A stretch of 64,000 nucleotides of DNA from an uncultured Rhodopirellula sp. GTDB taxonomy: Bacteria > Planctomycetota > Planctomycetia > Pirellulales > Pirellulaceae. A program made the position numbers and the translations under genes. The stretch is taken from positions 1 to 64,000 of the forward strand of contig CAXGAI010000015.1 of the NCBI GenBank assembly GCA_964007735.1. The letters are read 5' to 3'. This document shows positions 49,162 to 57,909 of the stretch, in pieces. A model generated the notes under the pieces. The model was given only the letters and a program-made list of their open reading frames with translations. It had not been told where the DNA came from and ran no database searches. The first letter of the stretch is position 1; each line of letters begins with the position of its first letter.

Positions 49162-50730
49162 TTATTTAAATCGGAATGAGTACAGGTCTGCATCTTTAAG
49201 AACAATTCGTAGTTTAATAGGCATCCCGGCCAATTGGTTTGGGCTCCCGCCTTTCCAACTGACGGTTTGATCGAGCTTGTTTCCGATTAGTTCCTCACAG
49301 TCTGTTAAAGCAAAGCCGGAGAACGGTGTACCTTCGTGGTCTTGCACTTCTATCCTGACTGACCCTGCTGCCGAGGTCGAATAATTAATTTCCAAGTTCT
49401 TCCCCGTAAATGTAAAGGCTTTTGTAACCACTTCCCCGCCGTCGAACTTCGCCTGAAGTGAAACAAAACCGTCGGGTCTTATCGAGTATCGTCTCAGATA
49501 AGACTTGTATTCTTGCCAGTATCCATGACTCACTAAAAACGAAATTTCTTCTAACCCGTTCTCGTCGAGCGTTGGAAATAAACCATATCCCTGATAGTTG
49601 TCACCGTACATCCAGTTCGATGGAGCACTTGGCGTTTCGCGGCCGGGACGTATGAAGGCCTCATCCCAGCGGTGAAACTCGTGGCCGTTGCGTGTTGCCA
49701 TAAACAGACCGTCCGACAGGTCCGAAGCTATGCGTGGGTACGCATCCCCCAATTCCTTGCGTAGCGAAACGGGCGGGATCAACAGGAGTTTAGTTGTGAT
49801 CGATCGTGCAGTATAGCGAGTCGGGAACCCGAGCATTATATGAGGGGCCCTATAGTAGGGCGCAATACCATTTGTATACATCTGTTGTGGAGGTGAGTCG
49901 CCATAGGTTAATGGCTTAGGAGAAGACCAAAGCTTAAGATCCTTAGAATGGACCATATCAATACTCCGCAGACCGTTGCGTACGGTCCGAAAGTAAAGCA
50001 CATAACGGTCACGCAAGCTATCCCAAAATAGGGTGTTCATTGAGTCGAGGGCGCCCTCAAGGAAAATGGGGCCTTCGCTCTTCGTCCAATGAATGGCGTC
50101 TTGAGAAGTGAACAGGTGCAAACCGACCTTGTGATTGCCGCCGACCGCTTTGAACTGCTCGGTTGGTTTGCAAGCAGGATTCTTATCCTCAAAAGATACG
50201 AATGTACCGGAATAAGGACTTCCACCCCACACAATGTTATTGGAGGTCGGAGAACTGAGCTTATCCCGATCCTTGCCTTGCCACTTCACAATATTCAGTT
50301 CCGGTCGATTCCAATGGATCCCATCAGTGCTCTCGGCATAACAAACCACGGGGCTATTGGCCATTAATAATTTTCCCGAATCCCAAATCATTCGGTGTCC
50401 GCGATAGATCATTCTATAGACCTCGCCGTCATGCATGACTGTTGGATAGCCAGAGGTGTTTCCTTCCCATGGCCGGTCGAATCTTAGGGCGACCTCACGA
50501 GGTCGGGGGTGATGAAGTTTTAACTCGATGGCACCTGCCTTGGTTTCGATTAGGTGCGTATCCACAAAGAGCTCCCGCCGCCCATCAAGGCGGATTGGGA
50601 CTTCGTCCGCGGAAATCGTTGGTGTTTGCAGCAGAAGGGCAATGAGAACAACGGGGATTCTGTTGAAGTGAGGCATCGCTGGGCGGTCTAAAATCCAGGG
50701 AGAGACATTGTTGCGTTTCTGCTTCATCAT
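49162..50730 (-). CDS. Secreted putative five-bladed propeller glycosidase-like protein with a C-terminal beta-sandwich
   Basis: RELFVD, DRPWEG, YAESTDGIHW, SQDAIHW, SKDLKLW repeats, RPDGFVS, ADLYSF; start may be later (MPHF). Confidence 0.7.
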   Translation of the reverse strand: MMKQKRNNVSPWILDRPAMPHFNRIPVVLIALLLQTPTISADEVPIRLDGRRELFVDTHLIETKAGAIELKLHHPRPREVALRFDRPWEGNTSGYPTVMHDGEVYRMIYRGHRMIWDSGKLLMANSPVVCYAESTDGIHWNRPELNIVKWQGKDRDKLSSPTSNNIVWGGSPYSGTFVSFEDKNPACKPTEQFKAVGGNHKVGLHLFTSQDAIHWTKSEGPIFLEGALDSMNTLFWDSLRDRYVLYFRTVRNGLRSIDMVHSKDLKLWSSPKPLTYGDSPPQQMYTNGIAPYYRAPHIMLGFPTRYTARSITTKLLLIPPVSLRKELGDAYPRIASDLSDGLFMATRNGHEFHRWDEAFIRPGRETPSAPSNWMYGDNYQGYGLFPTLDENGLEEISFLVSHGYWQEYKSYLRRYSIRPDGFVSLQAKFDGGEVVTKAFTFTGKNLEINYSTSAAGSVRIEVQDHEGTPFSGFALTDCEELIGNKLDQTVSWKGGSPNQLAGMPIKLRIVLKDADLYSFRFK

Positions 50731-50795
50731 ATCCTGCCAGTCAGTTAAATGTTAAATGCTTTTTTGATAGCAACCTATCAGGCATAGTTAGTAAG

Positions 50796-52160
50796 ATGAA
50801 GCATATGAATCAGGGCATGCAGGATCGTCGTAGTTTTTTACAGGTAGGGGCTTTGGCCTTGGGCTGCGTGACGCTGCCAGATGTTCTAAGGTTGCGGGCT
50901 GCTAAGGGGAATTTAGGTCGTGACACTTCCGTGATCATGCTTTATCAGCATGGCGGCGCGTCGCAATTTGAAACGTGGGACATGAAGCCGGATGCCCCTT
51001 CCGAGATTCGTAGTCAGTTTGGAAGCATTAATACCAATGTGGCGGGAATCAGAATTTGCGAACACTTTCCGTTACAGGCAAAGATCGCTGACAAATTCAC
51101 TCTGATTCGTTCACTCAACCATGACGTCGGGATTCATAGTGACGGTGGTATTATCGCATTGACAGGTAAACGGCCCAGCAAGTTAGATCCGAGCTCCCAA
51201 TCGAAAAGCGACCATCCCGACTACGGACACATTACAAGCAAAATGTTTGGGTTTTCGCGTGGGTTGCCTCCTTATGTTGCATTACCCCAACACCCGTACA
51301 TGACTCAACCGACCTATTTAGGATTACATCATAATTCGTTCGTAGTTGGTGATCCATCTCTTCCGCGGTTTTCAGTAGGCCAGTTAAAATTGAACGCAGG
51401 GCGCGATGCGAGGCAATTGGATAATCGACGCGAACTCCTTGGACAATTAGACCGCTTACGACGTGAGTTGGATGTAAATGGGGAACTAGAAGGGGTTGAT
51501 GAATTTCGGCAACTTGCCTATCAGATGCTCAGCAGCACGGCAGCAGCAAACGCTTTCGATATTTCTCAGGAACCGGAGGATCTGAGACGGGCATATGGTA
51601 TGAACACGTGGGGACAGAGTTGTCTGCTTGCAAGACGTTTGGCGGAAGCGGGGGTCCCCGTTATTAATATTTACTGTAACACACCGAAAAACGGTCCGGA
51701 GTTTACCAACTGGGATGATCACCCAGGCAACGCGCAACGCCCCGGCCATTTCGCAAAATACATGCAAATACGTTTGCCATATTTAGATCAATGCCTGGCA
51801 ACATTGATTGACGATATTTATAGGCGGAATTTAGATAAAAAGATACTGGTGGTTGTTGTGGGCGAGTTCGGGCGAACTCCTAAAATGCGTTACGGTCCCC
51901 CTAACAATTCCTATGGTCGTGATCATTGGCCACAGGCCTATACTGCTTTGATATCGGGGGGGGGATTTCGCATGGGGCAGGCGATAGGCGCTACAAACCG
52001 TAATGGGGAATACCCTATAGAGCGACCGTTAACGCCACAAGACCTGTTAGCGACGATGTATCATCATTTAGGGATCGACCATGAGCATTCCATTCCGGAT
52101 TATTTTGGACGGCCGGTACATATTCTTCCTCACGGAAAAGTAATCAAGGAGCTGCTGTAG
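50796..52160 (+). CDS. DUF1501 family protein (solo), twin-arginine signal
   Basis: DRRSFLQ; GGASQFETWDMKP, WDDH, GEFGRTP, GRDHWP. Confidence 0.92.
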   Translation: MKHMNQGMQDRRSFLQVGALALGCVTLPDVLRLRAAKGNLGRDTSVIMLYQHGGASQFETWDMKPDAPSEIRSQFGSINTNVAGIRICEHFPLQAKIADKFTLIRSLNHDVGIHSDGGIIALTGKRPSKLDPSSQSKSDHPDYGHITSKMFGFSRGLPPYVALPQHPYMTQPTYLGLHHNSFVVGDPSLPRFSVGQLKLNAGRDARQLDNRRELLGQLDRLRRELDVNGELEGVDEFRQLAYQMLSSTAAANAFDISQEPEDLRRAYGMNTWGQSCLLARRLAEAGVPVINIYCNTPKNGPEFTNWDDHPGNAQRPGHFAKYMQIRLPYLDQCLATLIDDIYRRNLDKKILVVVVGEFGRTPKMRYGPPNNSYGRDHWPQAYTALISGGGFRMGQAIGATNRNGEYPIERPLTPQDLLATMYHHLGIDHEHSIPDYFGRPVHILPHGKVIKELL

Positions 52161-53478
52161 CCCCATTACTTCTGTAATTCCCTACGGTTTGCCAAAGTTG
52201 TCCCACGACTAGAAGAACGGTTCCGGCACACAGGACCTGCCATTCAATCCAAAAGGCAAGGAAGAGGCAGGCGAACAGGCCCAATACGGAGATCCATTTA
52301 GGGTAGAAACGCTCCTCGTTGGTTAGACGTATTGCACATAAATTAGTTAAAGCGTAGTAAATCAATACAGTAAAAGCGCTGAAGGACCACGTGAGTTGTA
52401 CGTTACCAATTAGTACTAGTAAGGTAATGACTACCGTCACGCCGTAGGTCGCCATTCGTGGTACAGCAGAATCCGGATGAACGCTTCCAAAGATACCTGG
52501 CACATCGCGCCGACGCCCCATTGCTAATAAAACTCGAGATAGTCCTAGAATTAGATTTAACAGAACACCTAGCATTGCAGTAATTGCGCCAAGACTGATC
52601 ACCCAGACCAGAAGTGGGCTGCCAACGGTCTCGGCAATAATCCGTAAAGGCGCATTTTGAGTCGTGGCGATGGTGCCAAATCGCTTTGCTCCAATACTCT
52701 GGATGGACACAAAAGCTATTAATCCATAGAGAGCCATCGAGACGAATAGGGTTGTCATAATGCTTACCGGAATTGTCGTCCGTGGACTTTTTACTTCTTC
52801 CCCCAGTGTTGCAATGCGGCCGTAGCCGGTATAAGCCACGAACATCAAGGCAATTGACTCCAAAAAATTAGCTGGCTCGACACGGAGGCCGGATAACAGC
52901 CCTGAGACATCCAAATTCCACAAGTCGTTAGCGTCATATAACCCGGCAACAATTAACGAAACTAACGACAGGAGTGTGATGGAGACAATAATCGTATTAA
53001 ATAAACTACTCCGTTTAATTCCCGTCAATGCGATCATGGACAACAAAAATACGGAAACCAACGCGTAGATTAATGCATTGGCTGGTGCCGCCCCAATTAG
53101 CAACGCGAAATAACCTGCCAAGCCAAGTGCCGCAGTAGCTGCCGATGCAGACTTTGCAAACATGAACATCCAACCGGCCGTGAACCCAAGTCGTGGACCT
53201 AACCAGCGGTATCCGTACTCATAAGTCCCTCCACTGACTGGGTGGTTGGCAGCTAACTGCGCACTACTAATACCATTACACAAGGCAAGAAGGGCAGCGC
53301 AGGCAATCGCCAATAAAACCGCGTTACCAGCAACATTGGTGGCTATACCAATACTAATAAAAACTCCCGTCCCGAGGATACTGCCTAGGCCAAGCATCAT
53401 AGCCTGAAATACCCCTAACTCGCGTTTAAGGGATACGGGCACGGGACATTTCTTGATGTTCGCCATTTGTCTGGCCAC
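52144..53478 (-). CDS. APC-superfamily amino acid/polyamine permease
   Basis: About 12 TM segments; GSILGTGVF, GGTYEY, FVAYTGY..IATLGEEVKSP. Confidence 0.9.
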   Translation of the reverse strand: MARQMANIKKCPVPVSLKRELGVFQAMMLGLGSILGTGVFISIGIATNVAGNAVLLAIACAALLALCNGISSAQLAANHPVSGGTYEYGYRWLGPRLGFTAGWMFMFAKSASAATAALGLAGYFALLIGAAPANALIYALVSVFLLSMIALTGIKRSSLFNTIIVSITLLSLVSLIVAGLYDANDLWNLDVSGLLSGLRVEPANFLESIALMFVAYTGYGRIATLGEEVKSPRTTIPVSIMTTLFVSMALYGLIAFVSIQSIGAKRFGTIATTQNAPLRIIAETVGSPLLVWVISLGAITAMLGVLLNLILGLSRVLLAMGRRRDVPGIFGSVHPDSAVPRMATYGVTVVITLLVLIGNVQLTWSFSAFTVLIYYALTNLCAIRLTNEERFYPKWISVLGLFACLFLAFWIEWQVLCAGTVLLVVGQLWQTVGNYRSNGATAAP

Positions 53479-53542
53479 CTAAGAAACTACGCCCAGTGAT
53501 GAGCTGGACGTAGATATAAAATAAGGGGTTTCGAAAGGAAAC

Positions 53543-54913
53543 CTACATATCAATTTCATAACCTTTGCGATTTTCCCGGGACAGAAAAGAATTGGCCAAC
53601 TTATCACCAATGACTTCACGTTTCACGGGATCCCAATCGAGAGGTCTGTTTAATCGCATTGCGATATTTGACAGGTGGCAGATCTCCAGCATACGGTTAT
53701 GTGTCCAAACGTCAGAAATGGGTTGTTTACCGGCGTTGATGGATTCAATGAAGTTGAGCGTATGGTTTTCGGGAACCGGACCACCATAGACTTCTTCGAT
53801 GGCGCCTGCTGGCAGCGGGTTGTCAGCAAGATCCTCTACCGGTTTTCCGACGATCTTACCCCGATTCACAAAGAAACGGCCTTTGGTTCCTTCAAACAGG
53901 ATTCCATTGTCACCTTCATTAGTGATGAGCAACTCAATACCACCGGGCATGTCGGCTTTAATGTTGTAGTTGATTGCAATATCGTATTTATCGGTAACTG
54001 TCGGGTTTCCCTTTTTGTCGTACTCGACATCGAACGCATAATTTAGTGGAGTTATTTTGCTAGGACCTGAATCACTTGCTCCGATCGCCCAACATGCAAT
54101 ATCGACGTGGTGAGCGCCCCAGTCTGTTAGTTTACCCCCAGAATAAGCGTGCCAGTTGCGAAACGCGTAATGACAGTTACTGTATAACGGAACGCCGCCG
54201 CCATACCCTTTTCTAATTTCCGGCAGGGCACGATAAGGTACTTTTGGTGCAGGGCCTAACCAGGTTTCCCAGTCAAGTTCACTTGGAACCGGTGCCTCAG
54301 GTATCACAGGAGACGGGCCGAAGCCACCGATACCGCAAGTTACTTTCTTGACCGTACCGATACGCCCAGCCCTAACCAAGGCGATTGCTTGCAGGAATCG
54401 TTGTCCGGATTCAGTACGTTGCATCGTCCCCACCTGAAAGGTACGACCCGTCTTCTTGACGATTTTCTCTATAAGTTTTCCTTCGTCGATGGTGAGCGTC
54501 AAGGGCTTTTCACAGTAGACGTCTTTGCCGGCGAGCATGGCTTCGACAGCGATTTTAGTGTGCCAGTGATCGGGAGTGGCAATCATTACTGCGTCAATGT
54601 CTTTTCGGTCGAGTACGCGACGATAATCACCATAGGAATCGGGCTTTTTACCCTGACGTTGTGATAATTTATCAACGTTCGTGCCCAGAACTTTGGAATC
54701 AACATCAGCCAAAGCTGCGAAGTCAGCGAACTTTGTAGATTTGTTAGTGATAGTAACTCCCTGATTGCGTAGGCCGATTGTTGCGAAGACGGGTCGGTCA
54801 TTGGCAGAAGTGTATCCTTGTGCCCTCTGCCCAGCCCCGAGCATAAGTGTTGCGGAACCTGCGGCTACACCACCCACAAATTGTCGACGGTTCGGTTTGG
54901 GTTGCTTATTCAT
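53543..54913 (-). CDS. Gfo/Idh/MocA family oxidoreductase, Tat signal
   Basis: NRRQFVG; IATPDHWH, VYCEKP, QVGTMQR, WLGPAP, DWGAHHVD. Confidence 0.93.
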   Translation of the reverse strand: MNKQPKPNRRQFVGGVAAGSATLMLGAGQRAQGYTSANDRPVFATIGLRNQGVTITNKSTKFADFAALADVDSKVLGTNVDKLSQRQGKKPDSYGDYRRVLDRKDIDAVMIATPDHWHTKIAVEAMLAGKDVYCEKPLTLTIDEGKLIEKIVKKTGRTFQVGTMQRTESGQRFLQAIALVRAGRIGTVKKVTCGIGGFGPSPVIPEAPVPSELDWETWLGPAPKVPYRALPEIRKGYGGGVPLYSNCHYAFRNWHAYSGGKLTDWGAHHVDIACWAIGASDSGPSKITPLNYAFDVEYDKKGNPTVTDKYDIAINYNIKADMPGGIELLITNEGDNGILFEGTKGRFFVNRGKIVGKPVEDLADNPLPAGAIEEVYGGPVPENHTLNFIESINAGKQPISDVWTHNRMLEICHLSNIAMRLNRPLDWDPVKREVIGDKLANSFLSRENRKGYEIDM

Positions 54914-54978
54914 TTGGAAATCCCTGTTTATCTAATAATCCGGCTCATGGCCCCGGTGAATGTATTCTAATATCCCGC

Positions 54979-55007
54979 ATTATAGTTAGCTTTGGAATTG
55001 CTGGAAA
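54979..55007 (-). promoter_or_regulatory. Candidate sigma70-type promoter for the oxidoreductase gene
   Basis: Minus strand TTTCCA (55007-55002), 17-nt spacer, TATAAT (54984-54979), 65 nt upstream of the ATG. Confidence 0.4.
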
Positions 55008-55039
55008 CCGATAACATTGACGGAAGTAATTCCGTTGGA

Positions 55040-55822
55040 CTATCCACGCCGCTGGCTGAATAGCCAGGTCAGAAAGTCATCTTCCCGATCGCATTTGTCG
55101 CTACTATAAATAGTCTTTCCATTGTCAGCTCCGGGTATGAACTTGCCGGATACGCCGTGATTATCGCCCAACCAAACAGTGAGTTTTAAGTTTCCATTGA
55201 GCGCCTTTACCTCATTAAATACCTTTTGTTGTTTCGCAAACGGGCAAACACTGTCTTTATCACCGTGGAATGCCCAGATCGGGTAGTTTTGAATTCTTTT
55301 GGGATCGATGAACGCCCCTGTTGATCGCAGGCCCGTCCCGGCAGATGGAGCTGCGGCAGCGAAATAATCGTGCTCAAATTGGAGGAATATATAGGTGCCG
55401 TGACCTCCCATCGAGTGTCCTAAAATATAAATACGTTTGTCGTCTATCTGAGGTAGTCGAGAAATGATGCGTTTTATCGCATCGTAATGGTCCCTGTTCC
55501 AGAGTTGGTCTGCTTGTGGTGCTACGACGTAGCAGGGGAACTTCTTTCGGACGGATTCTTGCGCCAATTGCTTGGTCCATGTTTTGAGCTGTTTTTGATT
55601 GCTGTTTCCCTTACCACCCGCCCCATGTAGCGACAAGACAACAGGGTATTTAACTCCGCGTTTAAACGAGTGGGGTGACATGATGCGACATGGGAGCGCG
55701 GCGTTAGTTTCCGCCTCGTAAAGATCTTGCCAACGTTGGGCTTGAAGCGGGGAGGCCCAGCAAGAGTACGCTACTAGGCAAAGCAAGACCGCATTTATTG
55801 GTCGGAGGAGAAGAGAATCCAT
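55040..55822 (-). CDS. Secreted alpha/beta-hydrolase (phospholipase/carboxylesterase-like)
   Basis: YPVVLSLHGAG, VVAPQ, GHSMGG nucleophile elbow, WAFHGDKD, NH. Confidence 0.85.
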   Translation of the reverse strand: MDSLLLRPINAVLLCLVAYSCWASPLQAQRWQDLYEAETNAALPCRIMSPHSFKRGVKYPVVLSLHGAGGKGNSNQKQLKTWTKQLAQESVRKKFPCYVVAPQADQLWNRDHYDAIKRIISRLPQIDDKRIYILGHSMGGHGTYIFLQFEHDYFAAAAPSAGTGLRSTGAFIDPKRIQNYPIWAFHGDKDSVCPFAKQQKVFNEVKALNGNLKLTVWLGDNHGVSGKFIPGADNGKTIYSSDKCDREDDFLTWLFSQRRG

Positions 55823-55958
55823 GTTTGCAAACTCAATTGACTGAGGTGGCTTCGGTATTTAATAGCGAGATACTGCTAGCAACGGGTTAACCAAGTGTTC
55901 GTGTGCAGGTTCTTCATCATGTCGCGAAGGAACGAACTTCAATGGTTTCGGATGCCCG

Positions 55959-56420
55959 CTATTTTAGTGGTGTCGTAACGTGTTTGCGTGTTTTTGGATT
56001 GTATTCCCGAAAGGCTTCTACACCCTCCCGGCTGAATTCCATAACCGTAGTCAGAGTTCTGTCTGATCGCTGAAACCCTATTCGGGTGCTTAGGGCCAAG
56101 ATTTCCAATTCACCATCTCTGATACGTGCTGTGAACCGGTGGCGGTTAGGATCTGCCGCGTCACGAACATGTAGAACTACAAAAGCTGAATCAAAACTGA
56201 TTTTAGGCTGGTCGCCTCCTTTAAGCTTCTTCCAAACTTCAGAAAATTGCTTCTGGGTGGTTACCACAAGCCCAGGCTTGATAAAACTTGAGTTAACACG
56301 AGGTTGTTCCACGGGGTATTTGCCGAGGATTTCGGCGGTACGAGATTCCTGAGCGGACACTGATACACCACCAGTAATCAATGCGAGGACCAAAAGGGCT
56401 AGACTAAATACTTGGTTCAT
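55959..56420 (-). CDS. Small secreted hypothetical protein, weakly PrcB C-terminal-like
   Basis: Signal peptide ending VSA-QE; VVTTQKQFSEVW...PKISFD pattern; GGAG upstream. Confidence 0.65.
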   Translation of the reverse strand: MNQVFSLALLVLALITGGVSVSAQESRTAEILGKYPVEQPRVNSSFIKPGLVVTTQKQFSEVWKKLKGGDQPKISFDSAFVVLHVRDAADPNRHRFTARIRDGELEILALSTRIGFQRSDRTLTTVMEFSREGVEAFREYNPKTRKHVTTPLK

Positions 56421-56446
56421 TAAGAGAAACTCCTGAATTTATTCAA

Positions 56447-57859
56447 CTAAGCGATTAATTGGTCAACCGTACCGGTACTGCCGCCGAACTCGTTAATTCC
56501 GACACCAAGTTGGCGAAGCATGGTGAGGTAAATATTGCCTAACGGTGCGTCTTCCTTTTGGATATCTTTTTGCCATGGTTCCTGCCCCCCATCCCACGGA
56601 CCGCCCTGAGGGTTGGCACCGGCGTTGTTAACATACTGCCCGTGCTTGAAACCCATGTTTTTGCCACCCATTAAAATGAGCGGGTAATTTCGGGAGAGGT
56701 GGAAGGCACTTGAAGCGGACCCGAAAAACAGTAGGGTGTTATCTAGCATTGAGCCGGTACCAGCAGGTTCTGGAGTATCTTTTAATTTCTTGGCAAACCG
56801 GCCAAACTCTTCATGCAAGAAAGCACAATAGATGCCAAATCGTTCCCAACCCCCGGGATTTTTGGTCTCGTGAGAGAGGGCGTGTGAGAGATTGTAACCA
56901 ACTGCCCGCGCTAAGAGGTCGCTTTTTCCGACTCCATTTTCTCTTCCGATTTGGTAAGTAGCGGTTCGGGTGGAATCAGTCCGAAATGCCAGGTAAATCA
57001 ACTCATACATGGTTCGTAAATATTCTCGTGGTTCATCGGGCGTGATTTCCAGGTTGAGATGATCCACATTCACCGTCGGCAACGGCAGGTCGATCCATTT
57101 CTTAGCTTTTTCGACCTTGATTTCCGTTTCCCTTACTGCTTCAAGATATTCATCAAATCGTGTCTGGTCTTTTGCCGACAGCGTCTTGCGAAGTGACTTT
57201 GCATCCGCCAACAAGTCGTCTAAAGCGCTTTGGCTAAGAGCAAGGCGCCGAGCAGCATTTCCGTCACTCTTTACGAAAAGCATGTCGAAAATTCGTTTGG
57301 GGCGATGTTCAGCCGGAATTGCCCGGCCATTTTGATTGTAGGATATCGTGTGGGCACCCCGAGCCGTCCCGGTCCCACCGTCTGTAGACATGACGAGTGA
57401 TGAAAATCGTGTCTCATCACCGACCGTTTTTGCGAATATTTGGTCGATGGAAGTGGTGTTTTTGTAATCCATATCACCACCTCCGGTTGCGGCACCTGTG
57501 AGGAATTGATCGGCGTTATTATGCCCGTGCACAATTCGTCCTGGTGGATGTGAAAAACCCGAAAGGATTGTAAAATCCTCGCTCATAGGGGCAAGCGGTG
57601 TAAAACATTTGGTGAACTTAAAATCCCTACCGTTACCATGCGGGAACCAGAGCCAATCCTGATACGCCGGATCTTCAGGCAGCGGCATTGGAACACCGTC
57701 GGGAAAATAGAAGCATGCGAGTCGTTTCGGGTTGGGTTTTACGTCTTCAGCGTTAACCGTTGGTTGAACTGTGTCGAAGAGTGGTAATGCAAGCGCTACT
57801 CCTGTACCTCGGAGGAAGCGTCGACGATCCAGTGAATTGAGATTGATATTCATTTCCAT
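56447..57859 (-). CDS. DUF1552 family protein with twin-arginine signal
   Basis: DRRRFLRG..LALP, SIDQ, TRFSSL, HALSHE, GSMLDNT, H..RNYPLILMGG. Confidence 0.9.
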   Translation of the reverse strand: MEMNINLNSLDRRRFLRGTGVALALPLFDTVQPTVNAEDVKPNPKRLACFYFPDGVPMPLPEDPAYQDWLWFPHGNGRDFKFTKCFTPLAPMSEDFTILSGFSHPPGRIVHGHNNADQFLTGAATGGGDMDYKNTTSIDQIFAKTVGDETRFSSLVMSTDGGTGTARGAHTISYNQNGRAIPAEHRPKRIFDMLFVKSDGNAARRLALSQSALDDLLADAKSLRKTLSAKDQTRFDEYLEAVRETEIKVEKAKKWIDLPLPTVNVDHLNLEITPDEPREYLRTMYELIYLAFRTDSTRTATYQIGRENGVGKSDLLARAVGYNLSHALSHETKNPGGWERFGIYCAFLHEEFGRFAKKLKDTPEPAGTGSMLDNTLLFFGSASSAFHLSRNYPLILMGGKNMGFKHGQYVNNAGANPQGGPWDGGQEPWQKDIQKEDAPLGNIYLTMLRQLGVGINEFGGSTGTVDQLIA

Positions 57860-57909
57860 ACTGTATCTTTTGGAGGTTGCGAGGAAGCTCGTATAACTTC
57901 TCTATTATT

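Noticed and set aside
51956..51964. Homopolymer tracts (G9 here; G8 at 19316-19323 and 58358-58365; A9 at 33190-33198) as phase-variation sites
   Set aside because: All are in frame and encode Gly, Pro or Phe runs, mostly in conserved motifs; no frameshifted gene was seen.
55020..55035. Hairpin ACGGAA-GTAA-TTCCGT after the alpha/beta-hydrolase gene as an intrinsic terminator
   Set aside because: Only a 6-bp stem and no U-tract on the coding strand.
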